From Selaginella moellendorffii (taxonomy: Eukaryota; Plantae; Lycopodiophyta): a stretch of 64,000 bases of DNA. The translations under genes and the position numbers were made by a program. This document shows positions 12,300 to 24,970 of this stretch, piece by piece. The notes below the pieces were generated by a model that saw only the letters and a list, made by a program, of their open reading frames with translations, was not told the origin of the DNA and did not search any database. The stretch lies in the NCBI RefSeq assembly GCF_000143415.4, contig NW_003314296.1, positions 1,401,858 to 1,465,857 of the forward strand, given 5' to 3'. Within the stretch, counting starts at the first letter, position 1; every line of letters begins with the position of its first letter.

Positions 12300-13860
12300 T
12301 ATGGAGCTAAAATGAGATAGTGAGTCCAAATGGAATGTGTGGCCTCAATTGAGCAAAGTTAAGTAGATACAATAGTGGAGTATCAACTTTAAACAAATTT
12401 CCTATAACCAATTTAACATTTTGTAGATATCATAGATATGCCCCTCCCACGTTTCCTTTGAGTGGATTAAAATATCATTGATGAAATCAATAATCATCTT
12501 TGGCATATCACAAAAAACCTCATCCATCATCCACTAAAAAGTTGCCAAAGTATTGCTTAACTCAAATGGCATCATAAAAAACTTATATAAATCAAATAGT
12601 ATACAAAAAGTAATTTGGGAACATCCTCCTTGGCTATTGGCATTTATTAATACCCAAAAGCAAGATTCAGCTTGGTGAATTAATGACTTCGCCCCAAATT
12701 GTGAAGAAAAGGGTACATATTTACGATTATCACATTATTTAATAGATATGCAAAATAGAATACTCTCATTAGATTTCATCACAAGATGAAGTTCACACAT
12801 CTAAAGAGTTCTAAACTTTCAAATAATATTTTTCTTTAACATCCCTTTGACATTTACTTATAAGATCTTGACCTCCTTTGATGACTAATGTTAAATAAGA
12901 ATTTTAATTGGACAAACACCCCTAGTTAGAATAGAATGATGCATTGCAATTTTAGCCCCCCTAAATGATGGGTCAAAATTAAATAGATTAGCATACTCTT
13001 GTTTGATCCAATCAACCACTGCAATATAAAAATTGTTTGAGGGATCTGAAGAAGGAATAGAAGTATAAGAAGGAAATGAGATAGGAAGTGATGAAGAGAT
13101 AAAAGTGATGGAAAAAGAGGTAAAAATAAAGGGATAAAGTGGAATAAAGTGAAAAGAATAGAAGAAATATGAAAAAGTATAAAATAAGGAGAAAAACACT
13201 CAAAGTGACACTTGACATTATTGCAATCTATACCAAGAGGGAGATAAAAAACTTGACTTAGTACCACCTATAACAATTGGAACTCAAGATCACCCACATA
13301 TACAATTAATTCCACTTCATCCCACACACTTGCATATGTATGGCCATTGCCATAAAGAATTAAGACTTGCTTTACCACATGACATAATTATAGATGGCAA
13401 TGTGTGGCAAGGCTAAGCAATAAAAAATAAACTTAAATCCATATCAACCAACACAAAGAGGATAACATGTGACCTCTTGTTATAAAATTGAGTTTGAAAA
13501 GTAAGCACTAAAACTTGGTGTTGAGTGAACCTTTTGATGGTATTCTTGGAAGAAGGATGAAGGGGTCATTGACTTATTCGCATAATGTCCTTCCACTACT
13601 TATGTAACTCTTAGTTTCTTGGAAGATCTCAATATCAAAGCCTTCATATAACATATAGGGTTTATGTTCCACTTCATGGTTATCTTATAATACATCACCA
13701 TAAAATAAAGGGTGAAAATGACATGCACTACATTTGTTATCAAAGGACTATAATAACACTAATAAGACATTGTTGATGCTATGGCCTTCCCCTAGAAAAT
13801 GGAGGACATCAATCCGGGAAATGCCGATAACACTAATGTTTGTCAAAATTGTCTCCTATA
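12300..13860 (-). mobile_element. Highly degenerate Ty3/gypsy pol remnant (RT and protease traces)
   Basis: The reverse strand near 12540-12610 resembles the RT segment 'YEFLVMPFGLSNAP', and VLVD-like protease trace lies near 13450; many stops; boundaries approximate. Confidence 0.5.
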
Positions 13861-13865
13861 GGAAG

Positions 13866-16800
13866 TGTATAAACCATAAATCTTTTCTTTCCAATTTGCT
13901 AACTTACCTCATTTATCCAATCACCACTACTTTGGCGTTAGTTAAGTTCTATTGCCAAGGTTCCCATATATTGTACTAGCTGCTACTTGGTTCTACTTAA
14001 TTTCAACTACTCACTACATGAGCAATAAAGTATTAGCCATTCATCCATGGATTCTTAAATTCTCTCTCAATGCCCTTCCTTGGGTTAAATTAAACTTAAG
14101 GTTTGGCTACACCCCTACAAACATAAGTAGTTAAACACACTAAGCCTTTAGATTCATAACATTCCTTGGTACAACAAAACTTAATCATAGGGGGTGCATC
14201 ACTTGCTTCAAGACTGCAAGGGGAAACACTATAACCTAACGGCCTGATATAAATATCTTTACTCCCCCACTTCCATCCCAAAGGGAAGGCCCAAGCTTCT
14301 AGGAAGGAACAAGGATCAATGAGCCACAAGGTACTCACTATAATAAGTTTCATTTATGAGAGTGGGAGTTAATCTTAAACACTTCCTTGAGTAGCTTCTT
14401 TGGCACCACTCGAGTCCATACTCACTCCCATCTAAGGCCCCTTAACCCCACATCTCAACCTTAAATTTGGTTTGAAAGCACCATTGAAGAGTTCCTTCAA
14501 AACTAATTCTTGGACCTTACTTTCCACACTATAGTTTTGGAACCTTTTACACCCCTTTCCCCCCCCCCCTTGCAGAGACAATCACTTTGGGCTTTCACCC
14601 TATGATTTGTATTAGTATTTGGATTTAGTCTTGGACTCGATCTCAGACTCAATCTTAAGCTCAACCTCAGATTTAGTCTCCGACTTGATTTTGGACTCGA
14701 CCTCGGATTAGGTCTCGAACTCATTCTTAGACCCAATCTCAAATCCTAGAATCGATCTCGAACTCAATCTCTAACTAGGTCTCGAACTCGATCTTAGACT
14801 CAATTTTGAACTCAGTCTTAGACTTCGTCTTGAACTTAGTTTTAGAGTCTATCTCGAACTCGATCTTGGACCCAGTCTTATCCAATAAATATTTTGTCAT
14901 TTCAGTCATGGTTTCAGGGATCCTTTAGCCTACAACACTTTAGGGAGTTGGTTCCTTACAACTCCACCACCCATTGAAGAAATTTGATGCCCATATTAAA
15001 CATCACTTTTAATTTTATGACTTGTTGACCATGTCTTTAGAGAACTTCCCCTCACTTAGTAGTGTGCTTAAGTCAGCCTCCATGGCTAAGAGCCCATGAC
15101 AATGGGATATAGATGTCTCTATACCCCTTACCTCACCGTGTTCTAGTATAGGGTTGGGACTTGAACCCAACCTCCATAAAAGATGTCTATGGATTCGATA
15201 TCCTCTAGGGGAGTCAAGCGTAGCTCCTTACATTTGGTTGACTTAGCTAAACCAATGTTAATTAGCTTACCTTTGGCACGCTTTTAAGTCCTAACACATA
15301 ACATTACTCAATTTCACAAATGGATACTTTAATAAGTACATAGAGTTTTACTTTGCAAAAATTCTTCCACTAGATCTTGCATATTTGCCAAGTTTTCTTC
15401 CAATTCCTATGTTTCTAATGGAAATCCTTTCCACTTTACATGGAACTCCTTCACCTCAGTTGTGCTTACGCACATTAAGGATGGTCTCAACCTTGTATTC
15501 TTCCTCCCTTTGGATAATTTCAGGTAAAGGTCTTACTTGGTTTTTGCAAAACAAGTTCTCAAAATATAGCTTGAGTAAGTTCACATGGAACATAGGGTGC
15601 ATCTTCCCCATCAAACCTAGGGAAGTTAGAGGTAGTAAGCCACCTTACTAATTCGAACCTCAAACTCATAAAACCCCGTGAACCTCAAGATTAATTCATT
15701 TTCAGAAATTCATGCATTTTATCTTTGGGTCAACTTCTGGTTGATCCCACTTGGTAACCTTAGGTTCTTGGTATTCAGCCACACCTTCTCCCTAGGTTGG
15801 AACTCTATGTTTTAGCACTTTTGATTTGCATATTTGGTTTGCCTTTGTTAAGCATGTTTTAAGGAATCCCACACTAGATCTGCTAGGTTGTTATCATGTT
15901 GGATATTGCCAACTTCAAGCTTACTTTTGACTTAGAGCATCTGTCATGATATTGCTCTTTCTAAAATCTTGCGATCGAACTTAACCAAAACATTAGCCCA
16001 CATACCCTATTTTCCTTACAAGTTAAGCTGTTATAAAAAGTGTTTCATTGCCACATTATCTGTGTAAACTTTGAAGTGCTTCTTAAGGTAGTGTCGCCAC
16101 TCCTTGAGCGTTTTGACCATTGCAAATAATTCCTTTTTGTGGGTAGGCCACTTTCATTGAGCTTTGTCCAACTTCTTCATGAAAAATGCTATTGGGTAGT
16201 TGTTTTGCTTCAAAACTGCACCAAATACAAAGTCTAAAATGTCCATTTCTACCTTGAAATTTTTACTAAAGTCTAGTAACACCAATAAAGGAGTTTTCCT
16301 CAAATTCACTTTAAGGTGAACAAATGCCACCTCACATTCTATTATTTATACTATCTTCTCTTTTCCCATTTGGTATATTAAAGGCAAAGTTACTTTTGAA
16401 TAATGTTTGATAAACTTTTGATAGTAGTTGCATAGCCCTAAAAATGCTTTTAACTCATATACATTCGATGATCATTCCCATTCTTGGATCGCTTGAACCT
16501 TCTTAGGGTCCACCTTGAGCTCGTCCTTGCCCATCACATGTTTGAGAAACTTTACCTTTTATTAAACAAAGTTACATTTGCTCTCTTTAGTATACAACTT
16601 ATGTTCCCTTAATTTCTCAAACACATTCGTCAAGTGTTTGGCATACTCCTTTAGTGTCTTGTTATATATTAGGATGTCATCAATGTAGACAACCATAATA
16701 TTGGGGGGTTGGGGGGGGGGGGGGGGGGGGGGGGGAAAAAACCCCACTGGGAACCCCCCCCAAAAAGGATCCCCAAAATAGGAATTTGGATAACCCCCCT

Positions 16801-19591
16801 TAAAACCCCAAAGGGGCCTCCCTTTTTCCCCCCTTTTTTTCCCCCCCCCCTGGGAGGAAGGATAAAAAAGCCATCTTAATTTTTTTAGGGGGGTAACCCC
16901 CCCGGGAAATTAAAATTAAACAGGGGGCTTTGGCCCTAAATTGGCCCACCCTTAAAATTTAAGCTTTCCCCCTTGAACATTTCCTTCCGGGATTTTCCAA
17001 AACCCCTAGGTTTTTAATTGAGGAAAGGGTTCCCCCAACTGGTTGAACCCATCTTTCCCAAAAAACCTGTTAAAACCCCTTTTGTCTAAAAAAGGGGGAA
17101 CCAAATTTTCTTTCCCAAACCCTACTTTGACTTTTGNNNNNNNNNNNNNNNNNNNNNNNNNNNNNNNNNNNNNNNNNNNNNNNNNNNNNNNNNNNNNNNN
17201 NNNNNNNNNNNNNNNNNNNNNNNNNNNNNNNNNNNNNNNNNNNNNNNNNNNNNNNNNNNNNNNNNNNNNNNNNNNNNNNNNNNNNNNNNNNNNNNNNNNN
17301 NNNNNNNNNNNNNNNNNNNNNNNNNNNNNNNNNNNNNNNNNNNNNNNNNNNNNNNNNNNNNNNNNNNNNNNNNNNNNNNNNNNNNNNNNNNNNNNNNNNN
17401 NNNNNNNNNNNNNNNNNNNNNNNNNNNNNNNNNNNNNNNNNNNNNNNNNNNNNNNNNNNNNNNNNNNNNNNNNNNNNNNNNNNNNNNNNNNNNNNNNNNN
17501 NNNNNNNNNNNNNNNNNNNNNNNNNNNNNNNNNNNNNNNNNNNNNNNNNNNNNNNNNNNNNNNNNNNNNNNNNNNNNNNNNNNNNNNNNNNNNNNNNNNN
17601 NNNNNNNNNNNNNNNNNNNNNNNNNNNNNNNNNNNNNNNNNNNNNNNNNNNNNNNNNNNNNNNNNNNNNNNNNNNNNNNNNNNNNNNNNNNNNNNNNNNN
17701 NNNNNNNNNNNNNNNNNNNNNNNNNNNNNNNNNNNNNNNNNNNNNNNNNNNNNNNNNNNNNNNNNNNNNNNNNNNNNNNNNNNNNNNNNNNNNNNNNNNN
17801 NNNNNNNNNNNNNNNNNNNNNNNNNNNNNNNNNNNNNNNNNNNNNNNNNNNNNNNNNNNNNNNNNNNNNNNNNNNNNNNNNNNNNNNNNNNNNNNNNNNN
17901 NNNNNNNNNNNNNNNNNNNNNNNNNNNNNNNNNNNNNNNNNNNNNNNNNNNNNNNNNNNNNNNNNNNNNNNNNNNNNNNNNNNNNNNNNNNNNNNNNNNN
18001 NNNNNNNNNNNNNNNNNNNNNNNNNNNNNNNNNNNNNNNNNNNNNNNNNNCAACTCTATAGTCCTTGGTTTACCCAACCATTGCACTATTAGTCTAGCTT
18101 GCTTAACTATGTCTACAGCCACAAAATTACCCGAAGCACCTGTATCAATAAGGATTTTAATATACTACCTTTGAGCTTCCCTCAGAGGCTAGTAGATATC
18201 AGAAACGACTCTCTACCAAAGTTGCTCATGTAATCAATAATTTTGAGCTAGAGACTTGATCAAGTATCTCAGTTTGAACTTCATCTGACTTAATAGCCAT
18301 ATTGATTTTGACTTTTTTTGGGTAGGGATATTCTCTCAAAAAGTGTCTCGCTTCACCGCAGTTGTAACATATATTATTTCCCACGCTACTAGCAAATTTT
18401 GCCTTCTTATTAGTGGGTTTGTCCTTTTTTGCCTAACTCCCTCATGTACTTGCTCATTGGCCAGTAGATTTGCTTTTCCAAAACTCTAAGGGCTCATTCT
18501 TAGAGAAACTCTTCTTGAATTTCCCTTTGCCATATCTCTCCTTTAATTTGGCTCATTTGCTAAATATGGATCTTAACCACATTGTATTCCCCTTTTGCAT
18601 GTTATTATTGAAGTGCACCTTAATAGTTGCATCCAATGCTTCCATGTAATTGGTTAGGTTCCAATTCATCACCTCACCTCAAGCCTAAATCTGTAAGCCT
18701 GATATGAAGGCATGGAATGCATCTATGTCACCCATGTCCGTAACAAAGATCCTTTTAGACATAAACACATTCACATATTCTTGAATGGTTTCTGTCTGTG
18801 TCAGTCTACTTAACTCATCTGTTAGGTGCAGAGTAGCATTCAGAAGAATATAAATTGTGTGAATCCTCACCTTCATCACTTCCTAAGTGGCCACTAGTCC
18901 TTTGTTGGCTTCTATTGTTCTTCACCAAAACTTAAGGATATCTGCTAAGTATAGTTTTGTATATGGGACCTTTTCTAAGCTTAGTAACTGCAACACTCAA
19001 AAGTAATCTTCCATGTCATAAAACTAATCTTCCACCACCCTATAGTCATTCACTCCCTTGAAGACCGGTGGGGGCTTTGGTTTATACTTGGGAACTACTT
19101 GAGGGACTGATTCTACTTCGATTTATTTGACTTTGTTCGGTTCCGCCTCAGTCCCTGCCAAAGGATCCATGCCGTTTGCACTGCCAACATTTGTAGTCTT
19201 TTGCCTTTTCTTCCATTTCTCGTCATGCTTTAACTTGCATACAAGGGTCTTTAAAAGAGCATTGGTTTGTGCCAATTATCCTTCTAAAATGTTCAATCGA
19301 GCTTTGGATGACCGAACCTCCCCATTAAACTTCTTTTTGGAAGCTTTCTCACTAGAATCCTCTTCATGCAAGGATTCATCATCCATAGTTTTTTGTTCCA
19401 CCAAAGGCTTTAGCTTTGGAGAAGGTTCTATCTCTACCTTGGTTCTCTTACACCATGCCTTAGCCATTTCCCAGCAATCTATCTTTATCCTTTACTAGAA
19501 TTGAGGAAAATGCTTTAATACCAAATTGTAGACCACAAATTTTTCCTTTCCAATTTGTTAACTTACCTTATCTATCTAACCACCAATGCCT
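13866..19591 (-). mobile_element. Degenerate Ty3/gypsy chromovirus-type LTR retrotransposon (3' LTR 13866-14551, PPT 14552-14570, PBS 19512-19523, 5' LTR remnant 19527-19591)
   Basis: Matching LTR ends at 13866 and 19527; PBS TGGTATTAAAGC; gag zinc knuckle CYNCGEARH (~18350); protease LIDTGASGNF (~18140); RT YIDDILIY (~16680); RNase H (~16050-16300); HPMFHVNLLK and chromodomain-like EYKVETILNVR (~15450-15600). Confidence 0.85.
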
Positions 19592-22500
19592 TGTGTGAGA
19601 CATAAATCCCTAAGCCCCAAAGTGGAGCCAAAAAGGTGCCATGTGGTAGTGGCCAAAGTGGAAGCAAAACAAACATAACACATTTGGAATAAAAGCTCCA
19701 ACTCAGAAAGCCAAGAGTGGGAGTGCAACTCCCAACAAACTGCTCAAGAAACTAGCACGAAGTGAGCAATAAATGAGTCGCTAAAAAAGGGACATAAAGG
19801 GACCAACACATGACACATAGAAGTGTCAAGATGGAGTCCGAGAGGGACCCGAGAAAGAGTCTAAGATGGAGTCCGAAATGGAGTCCGAAAAAGAGTCTAA
19901 GATGGAATTCGAAAAGGAGTCCAAGAAGGACCCAAGATGGAGTTTGAGATGGACCCCAGATGGAGTCCAAGGTCGAGTCTGAGATGGACCTGAGATGGAG
20001 TCTGAGGTTAAAATTGAGACCGAGACCAAGACTGAGACCGAGACTGAGACCAAGACCAATACCAATACCAATACCGAGACCAAGTCGAGACCGAGTCTGA
20101 GACCGAGTCCAAGTCCGAGCCTGAGGGTGAAAGCCCAAAGCGTTTGTCTCCCAAACATATAGAACAAAAAATATTCAAGTGTCAAAATAACACTTGCAAA
20201 AATTGTTCTTGTGAGTAAGACATAAATATAAGAAGTTGTATTTCAATAAAATGACACTTCAAAAGTAGGACTTTACAAGTTGTTGGATTAGCAAAGTTTA
20301 AAAGCTAGATGACTCAAGTGGAGTCAAAGAATGGTCCTAAAGAATTGGTGGAAGCATTTGAACTAAGGTATGTTATAACTTACAAAAGATAGAAAGGATT
20401 ATAAAATCCAAGTATAAGAATAGTGAGTATCTCATTTATGGCAAAATGTGCCATACTAAAGTCGTGGGAAAGGTGTTTCTGGAAAAAAACAACTTTTGCA
20501 TAGAGTTGTGTGTGAACACTATAGTGCAATAATAATTGATAGTTGGCATGAGAAACGATTGCTTTAATCTTGGCAAAGACCTAGACACAAGTGGAAAGTG
20601 TCGTGAGAGTAAGCTCGTGGAGCTAATGGGGTGGAGACCCATAGTATCTCAAGAGATGATACTTTAAAATCAAGTTAGCTAGTTCATGAGAACCCTTTGC
20701 CAAAGAAATCCTAACAGAAATAGGATTAATATAGCCTAAGTTAAAAGGCATGCGATTCAAGTGTGTGGACCTAAAGAATGATCGAGGTGTGGAAGCATTA
20801 ACAATGAGTTATAAGATTTAACAATTATGAGGCAACTAAGCAAAATATGTGGTATAATTGATTGAATTAGTGGAAGTAAACTTCCTAAGACTTTTTATTG
20901 GGATAAAAAGGAAGATAGATATATCACTCAGGGGATAAATTGCTTAAGTTGCGATATAATGAGTGTCAAGGTTGTAAAAGGAAATGCTCATTGTCAAAGA
21001 AATCCATCATTAAGACATTTAAGCACTCTTAAACACCTAGGAAGTGGTTTTTGGTATCATAAAGGCATTAGATAAAGCCCCAAGAACTAAGTCTCTAAAG
21101 AATAATGGAAAAAGTGTGTCTAAAGTAGTAGAAAGCTAGAGATGGGAAAAGTCCATTCATCCAAAATTGGACAAATTTAAAAAGGATTTTGGCTATGTTA
21201 GTGATGGATACACAAAAGCCCATGAGTAGCAATATTAATCCTAGTGTGTGGGATTACAAGATGAGCATATCCAGATTGAGGAACCACCCCGTAGGCCATT
21301 GAATAACTTTATCCTTAAAAATATTTGTTAAGGTATGGTAGAAAGTGCAAAGTTATTCTCCTAACTTAGAAGAAGATTAACCAAAGGGAACATATAAAGC
21401 CGAAAATAAGTAATAAGGAAATAAAACTAAACCATATGAATCAAAAGGCATATCCAAGGGTGGTTATGCAAGTTGAGAGTGGAAAATCAATTAAATGCTC
21501 GAATATGGGTAATCATGGAGCTATAGAGAGTCTAAAACGGCATATTAGACTTTATTACAATTGAAAAGCTTGCGAAACGAGGAGTTTTGGCAAGTTAGAG
21601 GATAGGGTTTTTTCAAAGTTCCCAAAGACAATTCTAGATAGGTTAGTATTTAGAAAAACAAGTGTAAATGGTTCATAAGAACATGCAAAATCAGAGTGGC
21701 ATAGTAGAAGTGTAGCCTTAAAGCTTGCCATGAGGAGTTCCCGAGTGTTTGAAGAGATGCTTTGAAAGAAGGTCAATGGTTAAGGACTTTCACCCTTATG
21801 CATGAAACCATGTTTCACTAACCAGGTGACTTGCTAAACAAGATTAGCGAGTCGGGGGAACAAAGACCCTAGTTGAGGGTGTTGACTTCAAAAGAGGTGG
21901 CTCATGGGGCAAAACATGGAGGAATTTATGCATGATCACAAAGTTGTTAAGTAAGATTATGGTAGTTTGGAGGAACTAAGTTCTTAAGCTGTGATTTACA
22001 CTTTAGGTATAAGTTGGTGTACTGGTGTAAAAAGTCATGCCAGACATTCTTAGTGATGCTACCTGTAAATGCATATATAGAGTTTGGGTTCGAGTCCCAA
22101 CTCTTTAGTGCTTAGGTTTGAGTCATAACTCACTAGAGCGTAGTGATGGTTTGGAATATGAAGACACTCATTTTTCGGTAATCATGGACTCTCAGTAAGG
22201 AGATTGGCTTGGGCATACTATCAAGTGGGGGGATGCCCCTGAGTCATGATGCATGGTTAGATTGCTTAGTGTGAGAGCTTAGCATATCTAAGTTGAACAC
22301 TTTAGTGGCACCAAGGACGTGATAAATGAGATGGCACCAAGGACGTGATGAATAAGATGAGGATATTGTAAGCTCTTGAGTTTGGATTTCCCGGGAGGTC
22401 ACCCAGCCCAGTACTATTCAAACCCAAGGCGCTTAACTCTAACTATCCCAAGACCCTTAACCGATTGGAAAAGGGGGTGCACTCTTATTCATGGGCCTTT

Positions 22501-23983
22501 TCCCTTTATATTTGAACCCCATGGACCGTCTCTCAAGTTGTTCCCTTTGGTTGCTTACAGATATTTAGTTTCAGTTGTTATGGACCCTTGGCTAGAAAGA
22601 CTAGCTTAAGCACATTGCAAAGTGTGGGGGATGCCCCCAGGGTTATAGTCAACAACTTAAATGTGTAGAAGACCTGTTATGGTATCAATGTGAGATCACT
22701 AGATGATCTTATAAATAAACAAGAATAAAGTCCTTGTTTGGTTAAATTTTTAGTTCAAAGTGTTGATTTAAACTATTAGTAATATTGTGATTTGGTCAAA
22801 GTGACAAAGTGAGAAGAACACTTAAGGGAAATGACTAGTGTCGATAAAATGGTATAATGAGTCCAAGAAAATAGTCTCTAGGAAAAACACATAAAAGGGT
22901 CACAAAGTTGGGCTGTGGATAAAGCCTACAACAAAAAATGTTAAAGAAACTTACTAGGGGTGAACACCCTTTAGACTTAGCAAAACAAAACATTTGTTAT
23001 AGAACTGAAAAAATATCTCGAAGATGGAAGTAGTGACTATATATTGCTTGGTGCAACAATAAAAGGATAGAAATAAAAGATTAGTAGCCAAAGATGGGCT
23101 ATAAGACTCATTGGAAGGGATTCAAATGACAAATTTAAGTGAGAAACACTAAGGTGTTAGATGTTAATAAATTATGGATTCCCAAATGCTTCAATTTGGC
23201 AAAAGTGAAAGCTCTAAGAGAAAGAGCGGCAAGGTAGTCAAATAATAAAGCTGTGGACAGCCTTAGCACAAATTATAATAACTAGAACTTAATGCTAAGG
23301 GTGGTATAAAACAGAAAAGAGGATGATAATGCCTTCAAGTAGAAAACTTCCTAAGATGGAAAAATGGAATTTGCATAATATGTGCAATGCAAAGTGTCAG
23401 AAACATCTAAAAAATTGACTTAGAGAAGTCAAAATTAAAAGTTCCAAAGCGCAATAATCATGTCGATAAAAGTTGAGACTACTCGAAAATGAGTAGTGGG
23501 ATTGAGATAGAGGAAGTGTCTGTAACAGGTTTAGCAAGAATTAAACCAATAAAAGAGAGATAACCACTACAAGTGGTCGAATAAATCTTTACTTTAGAGA
23601 GATTATACTCTTTAAAGGATGGGCAAGGCATAATGAGCCTTCAATGTCGAACCATTAATGAATATTAGCTTGGTGCTAAGGATGGAAAAGGTAATACTTG
23701 ATTCACTATCTATATTATACTTTTATCATATTCGATCTCGGACCCGGTCTCAAACCTCAAACTTGGTCTCAAACTCAATCTCTAACTTAGTCTTTAACTC
23801 AGTCTCTAACTCAATCCCAAACTCGGTTTTGAACTTGGTCTCAGAGTCAAGCTCGAACTTGGTCTCAGAGTTGGTCTCGGACTCGATCTCGAACTCAGTC
23901 TCATTCGATAAACTCTTTATTATTCACATTGTGGTTTCAAAAATCCTTTAACCTATGACACCTTAGGAAATTGATTCCTGACA
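19592..23983. mobile_element. Nested degenerate retroelement-derived block with 6/12-bp tandem arrays
   Basis: Begins abruptly inside the previous LTR with a sequence also found at 58405; GAGTCC/GAGACC arrays at 19830-20120 and GACTC-type arrays at 23730-23905; no intact ORFs. Confidence 0.55.
22367..22559 (-). mobile_element. Solo LTR of a Cassandra-like TRIM carrying a 5S rRNA-derived segment (22384-22438)
   Basis: TGTAAGC...GCTTACA inverted termini and a perfect 5-bp TSD GATAT; minus strand reads AGTTAAGCGCCTTGGGTTTGAATAGTACTGGGCTGGGTGACCTCCCGGGAAATCC, resembling the 5S A-box to C-box region. Confidence 0.85.
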
Positions 23984-24579
23984 AAGTGGAGCTAAAGTAT
24001 GTGCAAGTACAAATGAGAGAAGTGATGTCTCATAGCATTATGCTAATTGAAGAGTGTTATCAAGGTGGCTAGAGCAAGTGTATGCACAAGTCCTATTAGA
24101 TCTTGATGAAATGTTATCCACAACATGCCCAACTTGATTTATTTTGACATATTTAGTTTTGCACAAAGCAAAAGACTTCAAAAGTGAATACCAAATTGTA
24201 TAATTAACTCAAATACCCTTTAATAGAGATGGTGTAATTACTAATAAATATCACCACAGTCATTAGCATGTTCAATATATGCTTAAAGACATCTAGGAAA
24301 AGACTCCAATCCACAATTGAATGACTACACATAAACCATTGTACCATTGCAATCCCATGGGAAATTTAAGCATCATCCCAAAAATGATAGATGGTAATCA
24401 CCATAAAGTGATTAATCCAATAATATCTATCATCCTAGGATTTCCGTAGAAGAAATTTAGTAAAATGTGAAGATTGGTAGTAAAAGCAAGAGAAACTACA
24501 CCACACACCATAAAGGTTGCTATCAACTAAGTCTAATTGATCAACTCTAGCCACATAACATCAAATAATTACACTAATT

Positions 24580-24970
24580 ATTACTCTAAAGTCATAGAAG
24601 GAGGAGAAGGTTGTAGGAGTATGTTGTTTTACTATGAAGATAAATAGAAAAAAAAAGCAAAGAGAAGAAATAAAAAGTTATAAAAATAATAGAGATCTAG
24701 ACAATGCAAAATTTAAATCTAAATAAAAAGCACAAATCCAAGCATTTTTCAGGAAGAATTATAATTACTCCTCACCTCTTCTAATGTGAGTGCATAAAAT
24801 ACAGAAATGAAATATAAAAATGTACATATTTGATTATAATTTATCTACAATAGGAAGTGGTTTGGATTGAAACCAATCGGGTAACTATTAAAATCCCATT
24901 ATGCTAATAATAGTATATGGCATCGTAGTTGTATATTTGGTAATTTCTACTTAATTAATTTAACTTTAAT
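24580..24970. repeat. Dispersed AT-rich repeat, second copy at ~49120-49470
   Basis: Shared blocks such as TGAGTGCAT..AATACAGAAA and TTTGGATTGAAACCAAT..AAAATCCCA..TATATGG. Confidence 0.65.

Noticed and set aside
16700-17136. Long G run and homopolymer-rich stretch (possible G-quadruplex or poly-Pro ORF)
   Set aside because: Lies at a contig end beside a gap and looks like low-quality base calls over retrotransposon RT sequence
17043-18174. ~350-aa ORFs in the track (also those over 5697-5796 and 59596-59695)
   Set aside because: They are open only because they run through N gaps
19830-20120. CRISPR-like array or repetitive protein gene
   Set aside because: Degenerate 6/12-mers without unique spacers, in a eukaryotic retroelement context; the ORFs are low-complexity artefacts
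22384-22438. A genuine 5S rRNA gene
   Set aside because: Only the internal ~55 nt is present, embedded in a TG..CA LTR with TSD; no 5' half, terminal stem or array
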